Source: an uncultured Deferribacteres bacterium (GTDB taxonomy: Bacteria > Zhuqueibacterota > Zhuqueibacteria > Zhuqueibacterales > Geothermadaptataceae). Taken from it: a stretch of 64,000 nucleotides of DNA. Positions 9,926 through 19,089 of the stretch are shown piece after piece (position 1 is the stretch's first letter; each line of letters begins with the position of its first letter). The translations under genes and the position numbers were made by a program. Under the pieces are notes generated by a model, which saw only the letters and a list, made by a program, of their open reading frames with translations, did no database searches and had not been told where the DNA came from. Location: assembly GCA_964014485.1 (NCBI GenBank), contig CAXHAT010000007.1:1764-65763 (forward strand), given 5' to 3'.

Positions 9926-9939
9926 AAGCAAAATTGGAT

Positions 9940-10743
9940 TTAAAGAAAGAACAAAAAAAACGCCGTAAAAATCACGTCCGCGAAGATGATCAGGAAAATT
10001 GAGATGACCACAGAACGCGTGGTGGAGCGGCCAACTCCGGCGGCGCCGCCGTCAACGATAAAACCCTGGTAACAGCCGACGCCGACGATGATGAGCGCGA
10101 AAAACATCGTTTTGATCAAACCGGTCGTGACATCGCTAATCACCAGCGCATTCGCCACTTGTGAAATAAAACGAACGCTGGTCACGTCCAGCGCGCCGGT
10201 GGTGAAAACGTATGCCCCGGTTATGCCGACAATATCCGCGATGAGCGTGAGCGCCGGGAGCATGATCATCATGGCGATAAAACGCGGCACGACCAAAAAA
10301 CTTATCGGGTTTAATCCCATGGTTTGCAGCGCATCCAATTCTTCGGCGACTTTCATTGTGCCAAGCTCCGCCGCGATGGCTGAACCGCTGCGCCCGGCAA
10401 TGACGATGGCTGTGATAATCGGGCCAAGCGAGCGCGTTTGGGCGACGGAAACGAGGTTGGCCACAAACACCTCGGCGCCAAACGGCTTTAGTTGATGCGC
10501 CGCTTGCATCGCCAGAATCAACCCGACAAAAAAGGCGATCACGCTGACGATCGGGATGGATTGCCAGCCAATTAAAACGCCTTGCTCGGCAACCATGTGC
10601 CAGCGAATTTTTGCGCCGCGAAACGGCGCCACGAATGTCCATTTGAGCGTGTCGAGTGCGAGCTTGCTGATGCGGGCGAGGTAGATGAGAAAATCAATAG
10701 CAGGGCGTCCGAACGCAGCGACCAGCCGGAGTACCGCGTCCAT
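9940..10743 (-). CDS. mlaE: ABC transporter permease, MlaE type
   Basis: 267 aa and polytopic. MlaE-like core (SIPIVSVIAFFVGLILAMQ ... GAAGVGRSTTRSVV). Confidence 0.9.
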   Translation of the reverse strand: MDAVLRLVAAFGRPAIDFLIYLARISKLALDTLKWTFVAPFRGAKIRWHMVAEQGVLIGWQSIPIVSVIAFFVGLILAMQAAHQLKPFGAEVFVANLVSVAQTRSLGPIITAIVIAGRSGSAIAAELGTMKVAEELDALQTMGLNPISFLVVPRFIAMMIMLPALTLIADIVGITGAYVFTTGALDVTSVRFISQVANALVISDVTTGLIKTMFFALIIVGVGCYQGFIVDGGAAGVGRSTTRSVVISIFLIIFADVIFTAFFLFFL

Positions 10744-11082
10744 CTATTTTAGGCTCTCCATGGCCTGTTCCTGGTCGGGGTAAATATCGAAAACTTTGTC
10801 CAGACGACTCAGTTCAAAAACTTCTTTGACCGCTGAAACGAGGCCGAAAATTTTGAGCGAGCCTTTATACTTGCCCGTCTGCTGCAGGCCTTCAACAAGC
10901 GTGGCGACTCCCGAGCTGTCCATGTACGGGCAGTTCGTGAGGTCGATAAAAATGTTTTTCACTTTCTTGTCCGTTAAGGCAAGAAGCGCATCGCGGACGC
11001 GCGGCGACGAGTAGAGATCGACGTCTCCGGTAATCGCCAACATGGTTGCATTATCCAGCTCGTGCGTTGAAACCTGAATCAT
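10744..11082 (-). CDS. STAS-domain protein (anti-sigma-factor antagonist / MlaB-like)
   Basis: 112 aa. The SpoIIAA/RsbV-type motif YMDSSGVATLVEGL has a conserved phosphorylatable serine. The stop TAG (10744-10746) directly abuts the mlaE ATG (10741-10743). Confidence 0.85.
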   Translation of the reverse strand: MIQVSTHELDNATMLAITGDVDLYSSPRVRDALLALTDKKVKNIFIDLTNCPYMDSSGVATLVEGLQQTGKYKGSLKIFGLVSAVKEVFELSRLDKVFDIYPDQEQAMESLK

Positions 11083-11540
11083 GAGCGCTCCTTGTCTTTC
11101 TTGTATTTTCTTAATTTCAAATTATTGCCTTCATCCCCGGCGTCTTCGTAAATCACTTCGTCCATGATGCTTTCGATTAAATGCACTCCCAAGCCGCCTG
11201 GTCGGACGTCGTCCAGGTCTCGCGACTGAATCTCTCCTTTTTTCACCTTCTTGCCGAAGTCATTGAGCACAATTTCAATGCCGTTGGTCAGCATTCGGCA
11301 GGTGACGGTAATCGGGCCGTCGTAGCGATTTTCGTAGGCGTGTTTGATGATGTTTGCGCAGGCTTCGTCGACGGCGAGTTTGATGCTGTTTTGCTCGTTC
11401 TGGTCAAAACCGACCATCTCGGCGATGTATGCGGTCGTCAGACGGACGACTTTAAGAATTTTTGGGTCGCTGGGCAGACGGAATTCAATCACGTTTTTTA
11501 GCTTATGATCAAGAATACTCATTTGTGGTTGATCAGACAT
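11079..11540 (-). CDS. RsbW/SpoIIAB-like anti-sigma regulatory serine kinase (HATPase_c_2)
   Basis: 153 aa. N-box-like DEACANIIKHAY and G-box region GGLGVHLIESIMDEV. Its stop overlaps the STAS start as ATGA. Confidence 0.8.
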   Translation of the reverse strand: MSDQPQMSILDHKLKNVIEFRLPSDPKILKVVRLTTAYIAEMVGFDQNEQNSIKLAVDEACANIIKHAYENRYDGPITVTCRMLTNGIEIVLNDFGKKVKKGEIQSRDLDDVRPGGLGVHLIESIMDEVIYEDAGDEGNNLKLRKYKKDKERS

Positions 11541-11630
11541 TTTTCCGCCTAATAATTGAGTTTTACTTGGAGCCTGTTAGAAAATTGGGAGTCAGACGCT
11601 TCAGCATTTGATAGTAAACAGCTTTGTTGG

Positions 11631-11749
11631 CGGCTGTCCAAAAACATAATATTTTTATTGCGTTCCACAACATGTCGTAGGGGTTCAAGATTTTGAACCC
11701 CTACATATGGTATGTCTCTCATTCGGAAACCATGTTTTGGGATAGCCCC
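11631..11749. repeat. Family A palindromic repeat, copy 2
   Basis: GGCTGTCCAAAAACAT ... GTAGGGGTTCAAGATTTTGAACCCCTAC ... CATGTTTTGGGATAGCC. Lies between the rsbU-like and rsbW-like genes. Confidence 0.8.
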
Positions 11750-11788
11750 ACTCCAAAACATCTATTCGCCAAGGTTTTCGGACAGCTC

Positions 11789-13096
11789 TTAATTGCTTGC
11801 AGGAATTCCGTTCCATTCCAGCGCGACAACCGTCAAGTCGTCGTGTTGCGGGGTCTTGCCGGCAAACGCTTCAATTTCAGAAATCGTTTTTTTGACTGCG
11901 TCTTCAGGCGATTTCCACCCTTTCTTGAGCTGGCGCAACAAGCGAGAAAGAGAATATCTTTCGCCAGCATCATTCTTGGCTTCAATCAGGCCGTCCGTGA
12001 AGCAGACGAGCTTGTCTTTGGGCTGCAATTGCAATCTGTGCGTTTGGAACTCCGCGTTTGCCAGAATGCCAAGCGGTACACCAACTTTTTTGTCGATAGC
12101 CCGGCTCTGAAACGTCTCGCCGTTGATGTGCAAAACGGGCACGTGCCCTGCATTCAAAATAGTAACTTCGCCGGTATTCGCATCCAAAACCAGGTAGAGC
12201 AGCGTGACGAACATGCCGCGTCGACCGCGCTCAACGAGCAAATTGTTTACGGCAAAAAACGTATTTTCCGGCGCTTCTTCAATTTGCGTGTGAAAACGGA
12301 AATCGCTGATCAAGCGCGCCATGTAAAGCGCCGCCGGAATGCCTTTGCCCGAGACGTCGCCAATCACTATCCCGAGCTTATCCGCGCCAAATTCGATGAA
12401 ATCATACAAGTCGCCGCCGACGGATGAGGCGGGCATACTGCGCGCTGAAATTTGAAAACGATTGTTCGGACAACTCGGTGCATTCTGCGGTATAAAACTT
12501 TCCTGAATGATACGCGCCGCTTCCAATTCCTGCCGAAACTTCTGCTGGTCGAGCAGCGACTGGTGGATGCGTGCATTGTCAATCGCGAGGGCGACCTGGC
12601 GGCAAAAAGTTGAGAACAATTCCAGATCGTACTCGTCGAAAGGCCTTCCATCAATACGATTGATGACCTCCGCCACGCCGATAAGCTTATTTCTGACCTT
12701 GAGCGGAACCGCCAGAATTGAGCGGGTGACAAAGCCAGTGGCATTGTCCACTTTTTGGGCAAATCTCTTGTCCGCGCTGACGTCTGGAACGTTGAGCGAT
12801 TCACCCGTTTCCGCCACCCATCCTGCAATGCCCTCGCCCATTTTTAGCCGCAGCGTCTGCTTGGTGACGTCCCCGGCGTCGCCGAGGGCCACTTCACATT
12901 CGAGAAAGCCGGTGCGCTCATTGAACTGCAAAACGCTGCTTGCTTCGGCGTTCATGACCGCTTGCGCTTTTTCCATCACCAGATTGATGACTTGTTCGAG
13001 GTCAAGCGTCGAATTTACGAGCATGCTGACCTCGATGAGGCTGGATAGGCGTTTTACGCGGCGCTTAAGTTGGGCAACTTCCTGTTTTTCTGTCAT
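11789..13096 (-). CDS. GAF-domain PP2C (SpoIIE/RsbU-type) serine phosphatase
   Basis: The N-terminal half is GAF-like (ASSVLQFNERTGFLECEVALGD...). The C-terminal half is PP2C with GGDLYDF, VIGDVSGKG, TDGLIEA and QHDDLTVVAL. Confidence 0.85.
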   Translation of the reverse strand: MTEKQEVAQLKRRVKRLSSLIEVSMLVNSTLDLEQVINLVMEKAQAVMNAEASSVLQFNERTGFLECEVALGDAGDVTKQTLRLKMGEGIAGWVAETGESLNVPDVSADKRFAQKVDNATGFVTRSILAVPLKVRNKLIGVAEVINRIDGRPFDEYDLELFSTFCRQVALAIDNARIHQSLLDQQKFRQELEAARIIQESFIPQNAPSCPNNRFQISARSMPASSVGGDLYDFIEFGADKLGIVIGDVSGKGIPAALYMARLISDFRFHTQIEEAPENTFFAVNNLLVERGRRGMFVTLLYLVLDANTGEVTILNAGHVPVLHINGETFQSRAIDKKVGVPLGILANAEFQTHRLQLQPKDKLVCFTDGLIEAKNDAGERYSLSRLLRQLKKGWKSPEDAVKKTISEIEAFAGKTPQHDDLTVVALEWNGIPASN

Positions 13097-13104
13097 TGCA
13101 AAAG

Positions 13105-13210
13105 TCGGAGTGGTGGAACAATGGATTCTTGGAATGCCGGATTAGCGGGTGATTTACTCTTTTATGCCGCCGCTGTATTTCTCCATCAATCCATTATTCT
13201 AATCCTCGAT
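13105..13210. repeat. Family D palindromic repeat, copy 2
   Basis: GGAGTGGTGGAACAATGGATTCTTGGAATGCCGGATTAGC ... CCATCAATCCATTATTCTAATCC, upstream of the PP2C gene. Confidence 0.55.
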
Positions 13211-13266
13211 CTCTCGAAATCATCATCGTTACGCGGTAAAAACATCTAGAGCGGGACGTCGGGCGC

Positions 13267-15984
13267 CTAATGCGCTTCAAGCCAGTGATCGCCGACGCCA
13301 ATGTCGACCTTTACCGGTACATTCAATTTTACTGCGTTTTCCATCTCTTCGGCTACGATGCGCTTGGCTTTTTCGAGCTCAGATTCAGGCGTTTCGAACA
13401 CCAGTTCGTCATGGACTTGCAAAAGCATTTTTGTCTGCATTTTTTCTTTTTCCAAACGCTTTTGCACATTGATCATCGCGACCTTGATCATGTCTGCCGC
13501 AGTGCCTTGAATCGGCGAATTTGTGGCGATGCGTTCCGCAAATTCGCGGTTACGAAAGTTCTTGCTCGTCAAGTCAGGCAGGTAACGTTTTCTACCCATC
13601 AAGGTAGTCACATAACCGTCCGCTCGCGCATTCGCGATGGTGTCGATGATGAATTGATTGACGTTTGGAAAGCGCACAAAATACGCTGCGATAATGCTTT
13701 GGGCCTCGTCACGGGAAATGTTCAAACGCGAAGCAAGACCATAGGCGCTGATGCCGTAAATGATGCCAAAATTGATTTCTTTGGCTTTGCGCCGGTGATC
13801 TGAGGTGAGCTCATTTTTCGGCACGCCAAAAACTTCGGACGCTGTGGCGCTGTGTATGTCGCGACCTTCGTTGAACGCTGCGGCCATGCCGGGATCGTTG
13901 GAAAGATGCGCCATAACGCGCAGCTCGATTTGCGAATAATCCGCCGCCAGAAATTTCCAGCCCGGCTCGCCCGGGACGAATGCACGCCGAATCTGCCGCC
14001 CCATTTCGGTGCGAATCGGGATGTTTTGCAGATTTGGATCGCTGGAGGACAGGCGGCCAGTCGCGGCGATTGTTTGATTGTAGGAGGTGTGGATGCGTTT
14101 TGTGCGCGGGTTCACCATCTTCGGCAGGGAATCGACATAGGTGCTTTTCAATTTGGTGATTTCACGATATTCGACCAATTTTTCCGGCAACGGATGCTTC
14201 TTGGCCAATTTTTCCAGCACGCTGGCGTCGGTGCTGTAGCCGGTTTTCGTTTTCTTGACCACCGGCAATTTTAAGTCTTCAAACAGAATCTTGCCAAGCT
14301 GCTTGGTGGAGTTGATGTTGAACTCGCCGCCCGCCAAGGCATAAATTTCTTTCTCCAAAATACCCAAGGACACAGCCATGTCGTGCGACATTTTTTCGAG
14401 GTAAGGCAAATCCAGCGCAATGCCGTTGTATTCCATCTGAACCAGCACGTCAACCAGCGGGATTTCAATCGTTTCGGCAAGTTTCGTGAGGCCGGCTGCT
14501 TTGATTTTCGGCTCAAAAACGCGTCGTAATCGCTCGGTCACGTCTGCGTCTTCACAAGCATATTCCGCGACCGTTTCTTCCGGCACTTCGCGCATCGTGA
14601 TTTGTTTTTTGCCCTTGCCGATCAAGTCGGAAGTGGGGATTTTTGTAAGATTAAAATGCTCCAGTGCCAGCGCATCAAGATTGTATTTTTTACCGGCACC
14701 GGGATTTAGCAAGTAGGAAGCGAGCATTGTGTCGAACTTGAGGCCTTGCACGATGACGTCATAATTCTTTAGCACAAGAATGTCATATTTTGCATTCTGG
14801 CCATTTTTCGAGATGCTCGCGTCTGTCAGCAATGGTCCGAGTCTGGCGATCAAATCGATCTCTTCCTCGCCGTCCAGAACCATGACTGAATATGGAGCAA
14901 CGCCTTCCGGCGGCGTTTTTACCGGCACATAAAAAGCTTCGCCTTCCGCTACGGAAAATGAGAAACCGACAATCTCGGCCATCATCGGATACTGCGAGGT
15001 CGTCTCCAAATCGAAAGTGAAATGCCCGGTTTCTTCTAACTTTTGTACCAGGTTATCGAGTTGCCGCCTCGTTTTGATTGTCTGGTAGTCGCGTTTTTCC
15101 TGAGGCTGCTCAACTTCGCCTTGAAAACGCGCAATGAGAGAATTGAACTCAAGATCACGCAATTGTTCGATCAGTTTTTCCGCGTCAGGCGATTTTCGCG
15201 ATAATTGTTCCAAATCCAGCTCTACCGGCGCGTTCAATTCAAGCGTCACCAGGTCTTGCGATAACTTGGCTTGATCGACGTTTTCCCGCAGGCTGGTTTG
15301 CACCGCCTTGCCTTTGACCTCGTCAACGTTTTCGAGAACGCCTTCAAGGCTGCCAAACTCTTCGAGCAGCTTAACCGCCGTTTTTGCCCCAACTCTTGGC
15401 ACGCCCGGAACGTTGTCCGACGTATCGCCGACCAAAGCGAGATAATCGACGATTTGTTCAGGAGGCACGCCCATTTTTTGCTTCACGCCCTTCGGATCGA
15501 AAATTTCGACATCGGCGCCGGAACGCTTTAGGTTATAAAGCAGAATGTCTGGCGTGACCACCTGCATCATGTCTTTGTCCGCCGTCGCGATATAAGTTTT
15601 TATCCCCTGCTTTTCCGCCTTTATCGCCAACGTTGCAAGTACGTCGTCAGCTTCAAAACCGGGCGCTTCAATAAGCGGGATGTTCATAGCCTTGATGACG
15701 TTTTTTAGCTTGGGAATTTGATCCCGCATGTCCTCGGGCATTTTTTCACGCGTGGCTTTGTAGGCGGCGTAAGCTTTGTGGCGGAAGGTTGGCTCGCGCG
15801 TATCGAAAACGACGGCCATATAAGCCGGATCGTCTTCGTCTTCAATTTTGAAGACGGCGCGGAGAAAGCCAAAAACGGCGCTGGTGTTTTCCCCCCGAGA
15901 ATTTATCAAAGGATTGCTGATAAACGCAAAAAAGGATCGGTACGCAAGCGCCGATCCATCGATCAAGAACAACTTTTTTTCCAT
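13267..15984 (-). CDS. polA: DNA polymerase I
   Basis: 5'-nuclease N-terminus (LFLIDGSALAYRSFFA), 3'-5' exonuclease motif FDLETTS, and polymerase motifs DYSQIELRVMAH and LQVHDELVFE. Start set at ATG 15984, preceded by AAAGAGG. Confidence 0.95.
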   Translation of the reverse strand: MEKKLFLIDGSALAYRSFFAFISNPLINSRGENTSAVFGFLRAVFKIEDEDDPAYMAVVFDTREPTFRHKAYAAYKATREKMPEDMRDQIPKLKNVIKAMNIPLIEAPGFEADDVLATLAIKAEKQGIKTYIATADKDMMQVVTPDILLYNLKRSGADVEIFDPKGVKQKMGVPPEQIVDYLALVGDTSDNVPGVPRVGAKTAVKLLEEFGSLEGVLENVDEVKGKAVQTSLRENVDQAKLSQDLVTLELNAPVELDLEQLSRKSPDAEKLIEQLRDLEFNSLIARFQGEVEQPQEKRDYQTIKTRRQLDNLVQKLEETGHFTFDLETTSQYPMMAEIVGFSFSVAEGEAFYVPVKTPPEGVAPYSVMVLDGEEEIDLIARLGPLLTDASISKNGQNAKYDILVLKNYDVIVQGLKFDTMLASYLLNPGAGKKYNLDALALEHFNLTKIPTSDLIGKGKKQITMREVPEETVAEYACEDADVTERLRRVFEPKIKAAGLTKLAETIEIPLVDVLVQMEYNGIALDLPYLEKMSHDMAVSLGILEKEIYALAGGEFNINSTKQLGKILFEDLKLPVVKKTKTGYSTDASVLEKLAKKHPLPEKLVEYREITKLKSTYVDSLPKMVNPRTKRIHTSYNQTIAATGRLSSSDPNLQNIPIRTEMGRQIRRAFVPGEPGWKFLAADYSQIELRVMAHLSNDPGMAAAFNEGRDIHSATASEVFGVPKNELTSDHRRKAKEINFGIIYGISAYGLASRLNISRDEAQSIIAAYFVRFPNVNQFIIDTIANARADGYVTTLMGRKRYLPDLTSKNFRNREFAERIATNSPIQGTAADMIKVAMINVQKRLEKEKMQTKMLLQVHDELVFETPESELEKAKRIVAEEMENAVKLNVPVKVDIGVGDHWLEAH

Positions 15985-16107
15985 TTCCGCCTCTTTAATT
16001 CCTCTTGCGAAAAAAGTAACTGAAGGGGCGGTGAATGTCAACGGATTTTGTCGTTGGGCTTTTTGCTCCGGTCAGATTACCGGCAATCTAAAGATACGGC
16101 GAGTATT

Positions 16108-16632
16108 TTAGTCCGGCAGTTGCCCGCTTTCGATGAGACAATTGCCTTTACAAATCGGGCACTGTAAGCTGTCGGAGCATTCGAGGTGGTAGGCTTCAAA
16201 AGCTTGCAATAAAGAGTGCGCCTTGGGGTTGGCGGCATCAAAAAACTTGATGAATGAGAGCAGTTTTTCCCCGGTTTCGTAGCTGATCAAATGTTCGATT
16301 TTACAAGCGTCGATTTCCGCAGTTTCCGGATTAACGCCCAAAACGTCGCGGAAAAATGTGATGAGAATTTTGCGTTTGGATTGAATAACGCTGGCTAACG
16401 AATCGCCTTTGGGTGAAAGCTTCAGAAATTTGTTTTCATCTTCAACGACAAGACCGCGTTCTTTCAGTGCTTTCAGCGTAATTGAAGCGCTGCCCCGCGT
16501 TATGCTCAACCTCCGCGCAACATCGGTAACGCGAGCGTAGCCGTGCTTTCCCAAGAGGTGAGAAATCGCCATTAGATGGTGCGCGGCGCTGTGCGTGATT
16601 TCATTGTGTTCAAATTCCTTCCAGACTTCCAT
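16108..16632 (-). CDS. DtxR/MntR-family metal-dependent transcriptional regulator with a Cys-rich C-terminal tail
   Basis: wHTH VTDVARRLSITRGSASITLKAL and a dimerisation/metal region (ACKIEHLISYETG). The tail HLECSDSLQCPICKGNC replaces the usual SH3/FeoA-like domain. Confidence 0.7.
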   Translation of the reverse strand: MEVWKEFEHNEITHSAAHHLMAISHLLGKHGYARVTDVARRLSITRGSASITLKALKERGLVVEDENKFLKLSPKGDSLASVIQSKRKILITFFRDVLGVNPETAEIDACKIEHLISYETGEKLLSFIKFFDAANPKAHSLLQAFEAYHLECSDSLQCPICKGNCLIESGQLPD

Positions 16633-16848
16633 TTGACCCTATGTTCTATTAAAAAATTCTATGGAGAGATTAAAAAGCGCTGTCACTTTTGTTGATTTTT
16701 CAAAATCTAACGATCACCCGTCAGGATGTCAAGGGAAAGTTAGAACCCTCTGAACGCTCAAATCTGTTCAAAAAATGAATTGCCGAGAAGGCGGCGGAGT
16801 CTTATATTGGCGTTTTCAAATATTATCACAGAAATTACGGAGTTTGAC

Positions 16849-17481
16849 GTGGCGCTGAATTCTGTTGCGAAAAAACGATTACTTTTTTCCCTTATTATCA
16901 TACTTTTTTCCGTCGGCTGCGATCAGGCGACAAAGACGATCGCCCAGGATAATTTGGAGCTCCATGGGCCGTACGATTCATACCTGAACGACGTTGTCCG
17001 AATTCAATACGTTCTCAATACCGGCGCTGCATTCAGCATTGGCGCAAATTTATCCGAAGAAGTTCGCTTTTGGATTTTTATCGTGGGGCAAGGCGTTTTT
17101 CTGCTATTCCTCGCCATCTACCTTTTCCGCAGTTACCAGGATCACATGACGCAATTCTACGGCTTCTGCCTCATTCTCGGCGGCGGACTTGGAAATTTTT
17201 ACGACCGCATTTTTCGAGACGGCGCTGTTGTCGATTTTTTGAATTTGGGGCTCGGTGAAACGGTTAGAACGGCAATTTTTAATGTCGCCGATATTTCTAT
17301 CACCACAGGGCTTTTTATGTTGATCTACGGCATTTTTAAAGGCGAACAGGAAATTAAAAGGGCCGAGAGGGAGCAGAATGAGAGCAATGGCTCTTCGGAC
17401 GATTCAGCTGCATTCGCGTCAGGTGACTCAGACGAGAGTGAAAACGAAACACGCCAGCCAGACAATCCTGAAAAGCTGTAA
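16849..17481 (+). CDS. lspA: Lipoprotein signal peptidase II with a Ser/Asp/Glu-rich C-terminal extension
   Basis: Conserved NTGAAFS and FNVADISITTG motifs. The ORF opens at TTG 16780; GTG 16849 gives a typical N-terminus, so the start is uncertain. Confidence 0.85.
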   Translation: MALNSVAKKRLLFSLIIILFSVGCDQATKTIAQDNLELHGPYDSYLNDVVRIQYVLNTGAAFSIGANLSEEVRFWIFIVGQGVFLLFLAIYLFRSYQDHMTQFYGFCLILGGGLGNFYDRIFRDGAVVDFLNLGLGETVRTAIFNVADISITTGLFMLIYGIFKGEQEIKRAEREQNESNGSSDDSAAFASGDSDESENETRQPDNPEKL

Positions 17482-17495
17482 CTTTTTGAGAACCG

Positions 17496-17560
17496 CAAAG
17501 AATTTATTGGCGTGCAGCCGAACGTTGTCCCGCCAATAAATTCTTTGGGCCAGATTTTTT
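17496..17560. terminator. Hairpin between convergent lspA and the serine hydrolase gene
   Basis: 17-bp stem CAAAGAATTTATTGGCG / CGCCAATAAATTCTTTG (17496-17547), with a T-run at 17555-17560 on the + strand. Confidence 0.5.
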
Positions 17561-17587
17561 CGATAGATTTGACGAAGTCGGAATGGC

Positions 17588-19045
17588 TTACTTCAATTTT
17601 CTGCTAATGTTGCTGTTCCGTTTCAGACTCACGACCTCGCCCGCGTCATTCATCTGAAAAATAAACTCTTCGCCTAACTCATCATCGTTTCGAATGCGGC
17701 GGAAACGATTGTCTTCGATGTGCTTGAGTTTGGTCATTCCTGAGAGCGGATTTGAGCTGGGCAAGCCAACCATAGCCAATTTTCCTTCCCAAATAATCGC
17801 CGCCGTTTCCCCTCCCCAAGGCTGAGAATTGTAAATTCCGGTAAACTTCGAGAAATCCGGTTTTTCTTCTTCAGCAGATTCGCTTTTTTCAGCTTTGCTT
17901 GCTTTTGAAATAACCGGTGCAAGAATCTCATAAGCCCGTTGTGCATAAGCGCGCGGATTGACGCCGGATGCATTGCTTGCGACGGCAACAGCGATTTTGT
18001 CTTTCGGCATGATGAGCAATTGCGAGCGAAAACCGGGGCAGCTCCCGCCGTGCCCGACAAAAGTCTTGTTGTCGCTGCGCCAAACGGCGAATCCCAAGCC
18101 CCAGCTTGTGCGCCAATTCGGATCGAGCCATTGGACGCGTTGCATTTCGCGCAGAGTATTTTTCTGAAGAATATCCGCGTCGTCACCGCTTAAGACGCGA
18201 AACTGCCACGAAGCGAATTTCACCAAGTCCTCTACAGTGGAGGAGTATCCCGCCGCCGCCGCGACGCCATTGGCCTGAAAGAAAGGCACTTCTTCGCGAA
18301 CGCCTTTGCGCGTTTTGGCGCTGTGCCCGTCGGCCAAGGCTTTGCCGCGTAACTTTTCGGGCATTTCAGGCCGCGTGTCTTGTAAGCCGAGCGGCTTTAG
18401 AATATTTTCCATTACGTATTTTTCGTAACTTTGTCCACTCGCCGCCGCAACCACTTCGCCTGCCAACGTCAGCCCTAAATTCGAATATTGAAAATAGGTG
18501 TCGGCAGGGTAGAGCGTCGCCTGTTCCGAGACGCGTTCCATGATTTCTTTTTGCGTTGGAAACTCAAAATCCGGTGCGCTCCAGTAGGGAAACGCAGACT
18601 CCCGGGGCAAACCGGAAGAGTGCGTCAGGATGTTGCGAATCGTAGCTTTGCCGGCGTCAGCATGTTTTTCCTGAATTTGGAACCAGGGCAGGTGCTTGCT
18701 GACGGGATCATCGAGATCAAGCAAGCCTTTGTCGCGCAGTTGAAGCACGGCAATGCTGGTGAAGAGCTTTGAAATCGAGCAAATGCTGTAAATCGTCTTT
18801 GCTGTAATCGGCCTGTTTTCACCGAGATCGGCAAATCCGAATCCCTGACTCCAAACCAATTCCTGATCATGAACGACGGCAATGGACAAGCCCGGAATCT
18901 CTTCATAATCGCGCTCGGCTTGCAGCCAAATCTCCAAAAGTTGAATCGCTTCCGCAACGCGCGGATTGTCTTTCAAAGCGTCCTTTGCCGCAAAACTTTG
19001 CGTCACTGAAAAGCAAACGATCAAAATCACCAACAAGCGTTTCAT
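17588..19045 (-). CDS. Secreted class C beta-lactamase-fold serine hydrolase / penicillin-binding-protein-like
   Basis: Signal peptide. S-x-x-K motif SICSISKLFT, Y-x-N motif YSNLG, and a late HGGSCPG region. Confidence 0.8.
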   Translation of the reverse strand: MKRLLVILIVCFSVTQSFAAKDALKDNPRVAEAIQLLEIWLQAERDYEEIPGLSIAVVHDQELVWSQGFGFADLGENRPITAKTIYSICSISKLFTSIAVLQLRDKGLLDLDDPVSKHLPWFQIQEKHADAGKATIRNILTHSSGLPRESAFPYWSAPDFEFPTQKEIMERVSEQATLYPADTYFQYSNLGLTLAGEVVAAASGQSYEKYVMENILKPLGLQDTRPEMPEKLRGKALADGHSAKTRKGVREEVPFFQANGVAAAAGYSSTVEDLVKFASWQFRVLSGDDADILQKNTLREMQRVQWLDPNWRTSWGLGFAVWRSDNKTFVGHGGSCPGFRSQLLIMPKDKIAVAVASNASGVNPRAYAQRAYEILAPVISKASKAEKSESAEEEKPDFSKFTGIYNSQPWGGETAAIIWEGKLAMVGLPSSNPLSGMTKLKHIEDNRFRRIRNDDELGEEFIFQMNDAGEVVSLKRNSNISRKLK

Positions 19046-19089
19046 GTCTCACTCTCCTTTGGGTTAAGTTCATCTATTATTGAGGCGGC

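Noticed and set aside
11693-12427. 244-aa + strand ORF overlapping the PP2C phosphatase gene and the Family A repeat
   Set aside because: It starts inside the repeat (MNPYIWYVSHSETMFW is repeat-encoded, and the same peptide type appears at the other copies). It runs antisense to a well-supported gene.
15985-16041. 19-codon upstream extension of polA
   Set aside because: The internal ATG at 15984 is preceded by a purine-rich RBS-like sequence and yields the typical Pol I N-terminus (MEKKLFLIDGSALAYR).
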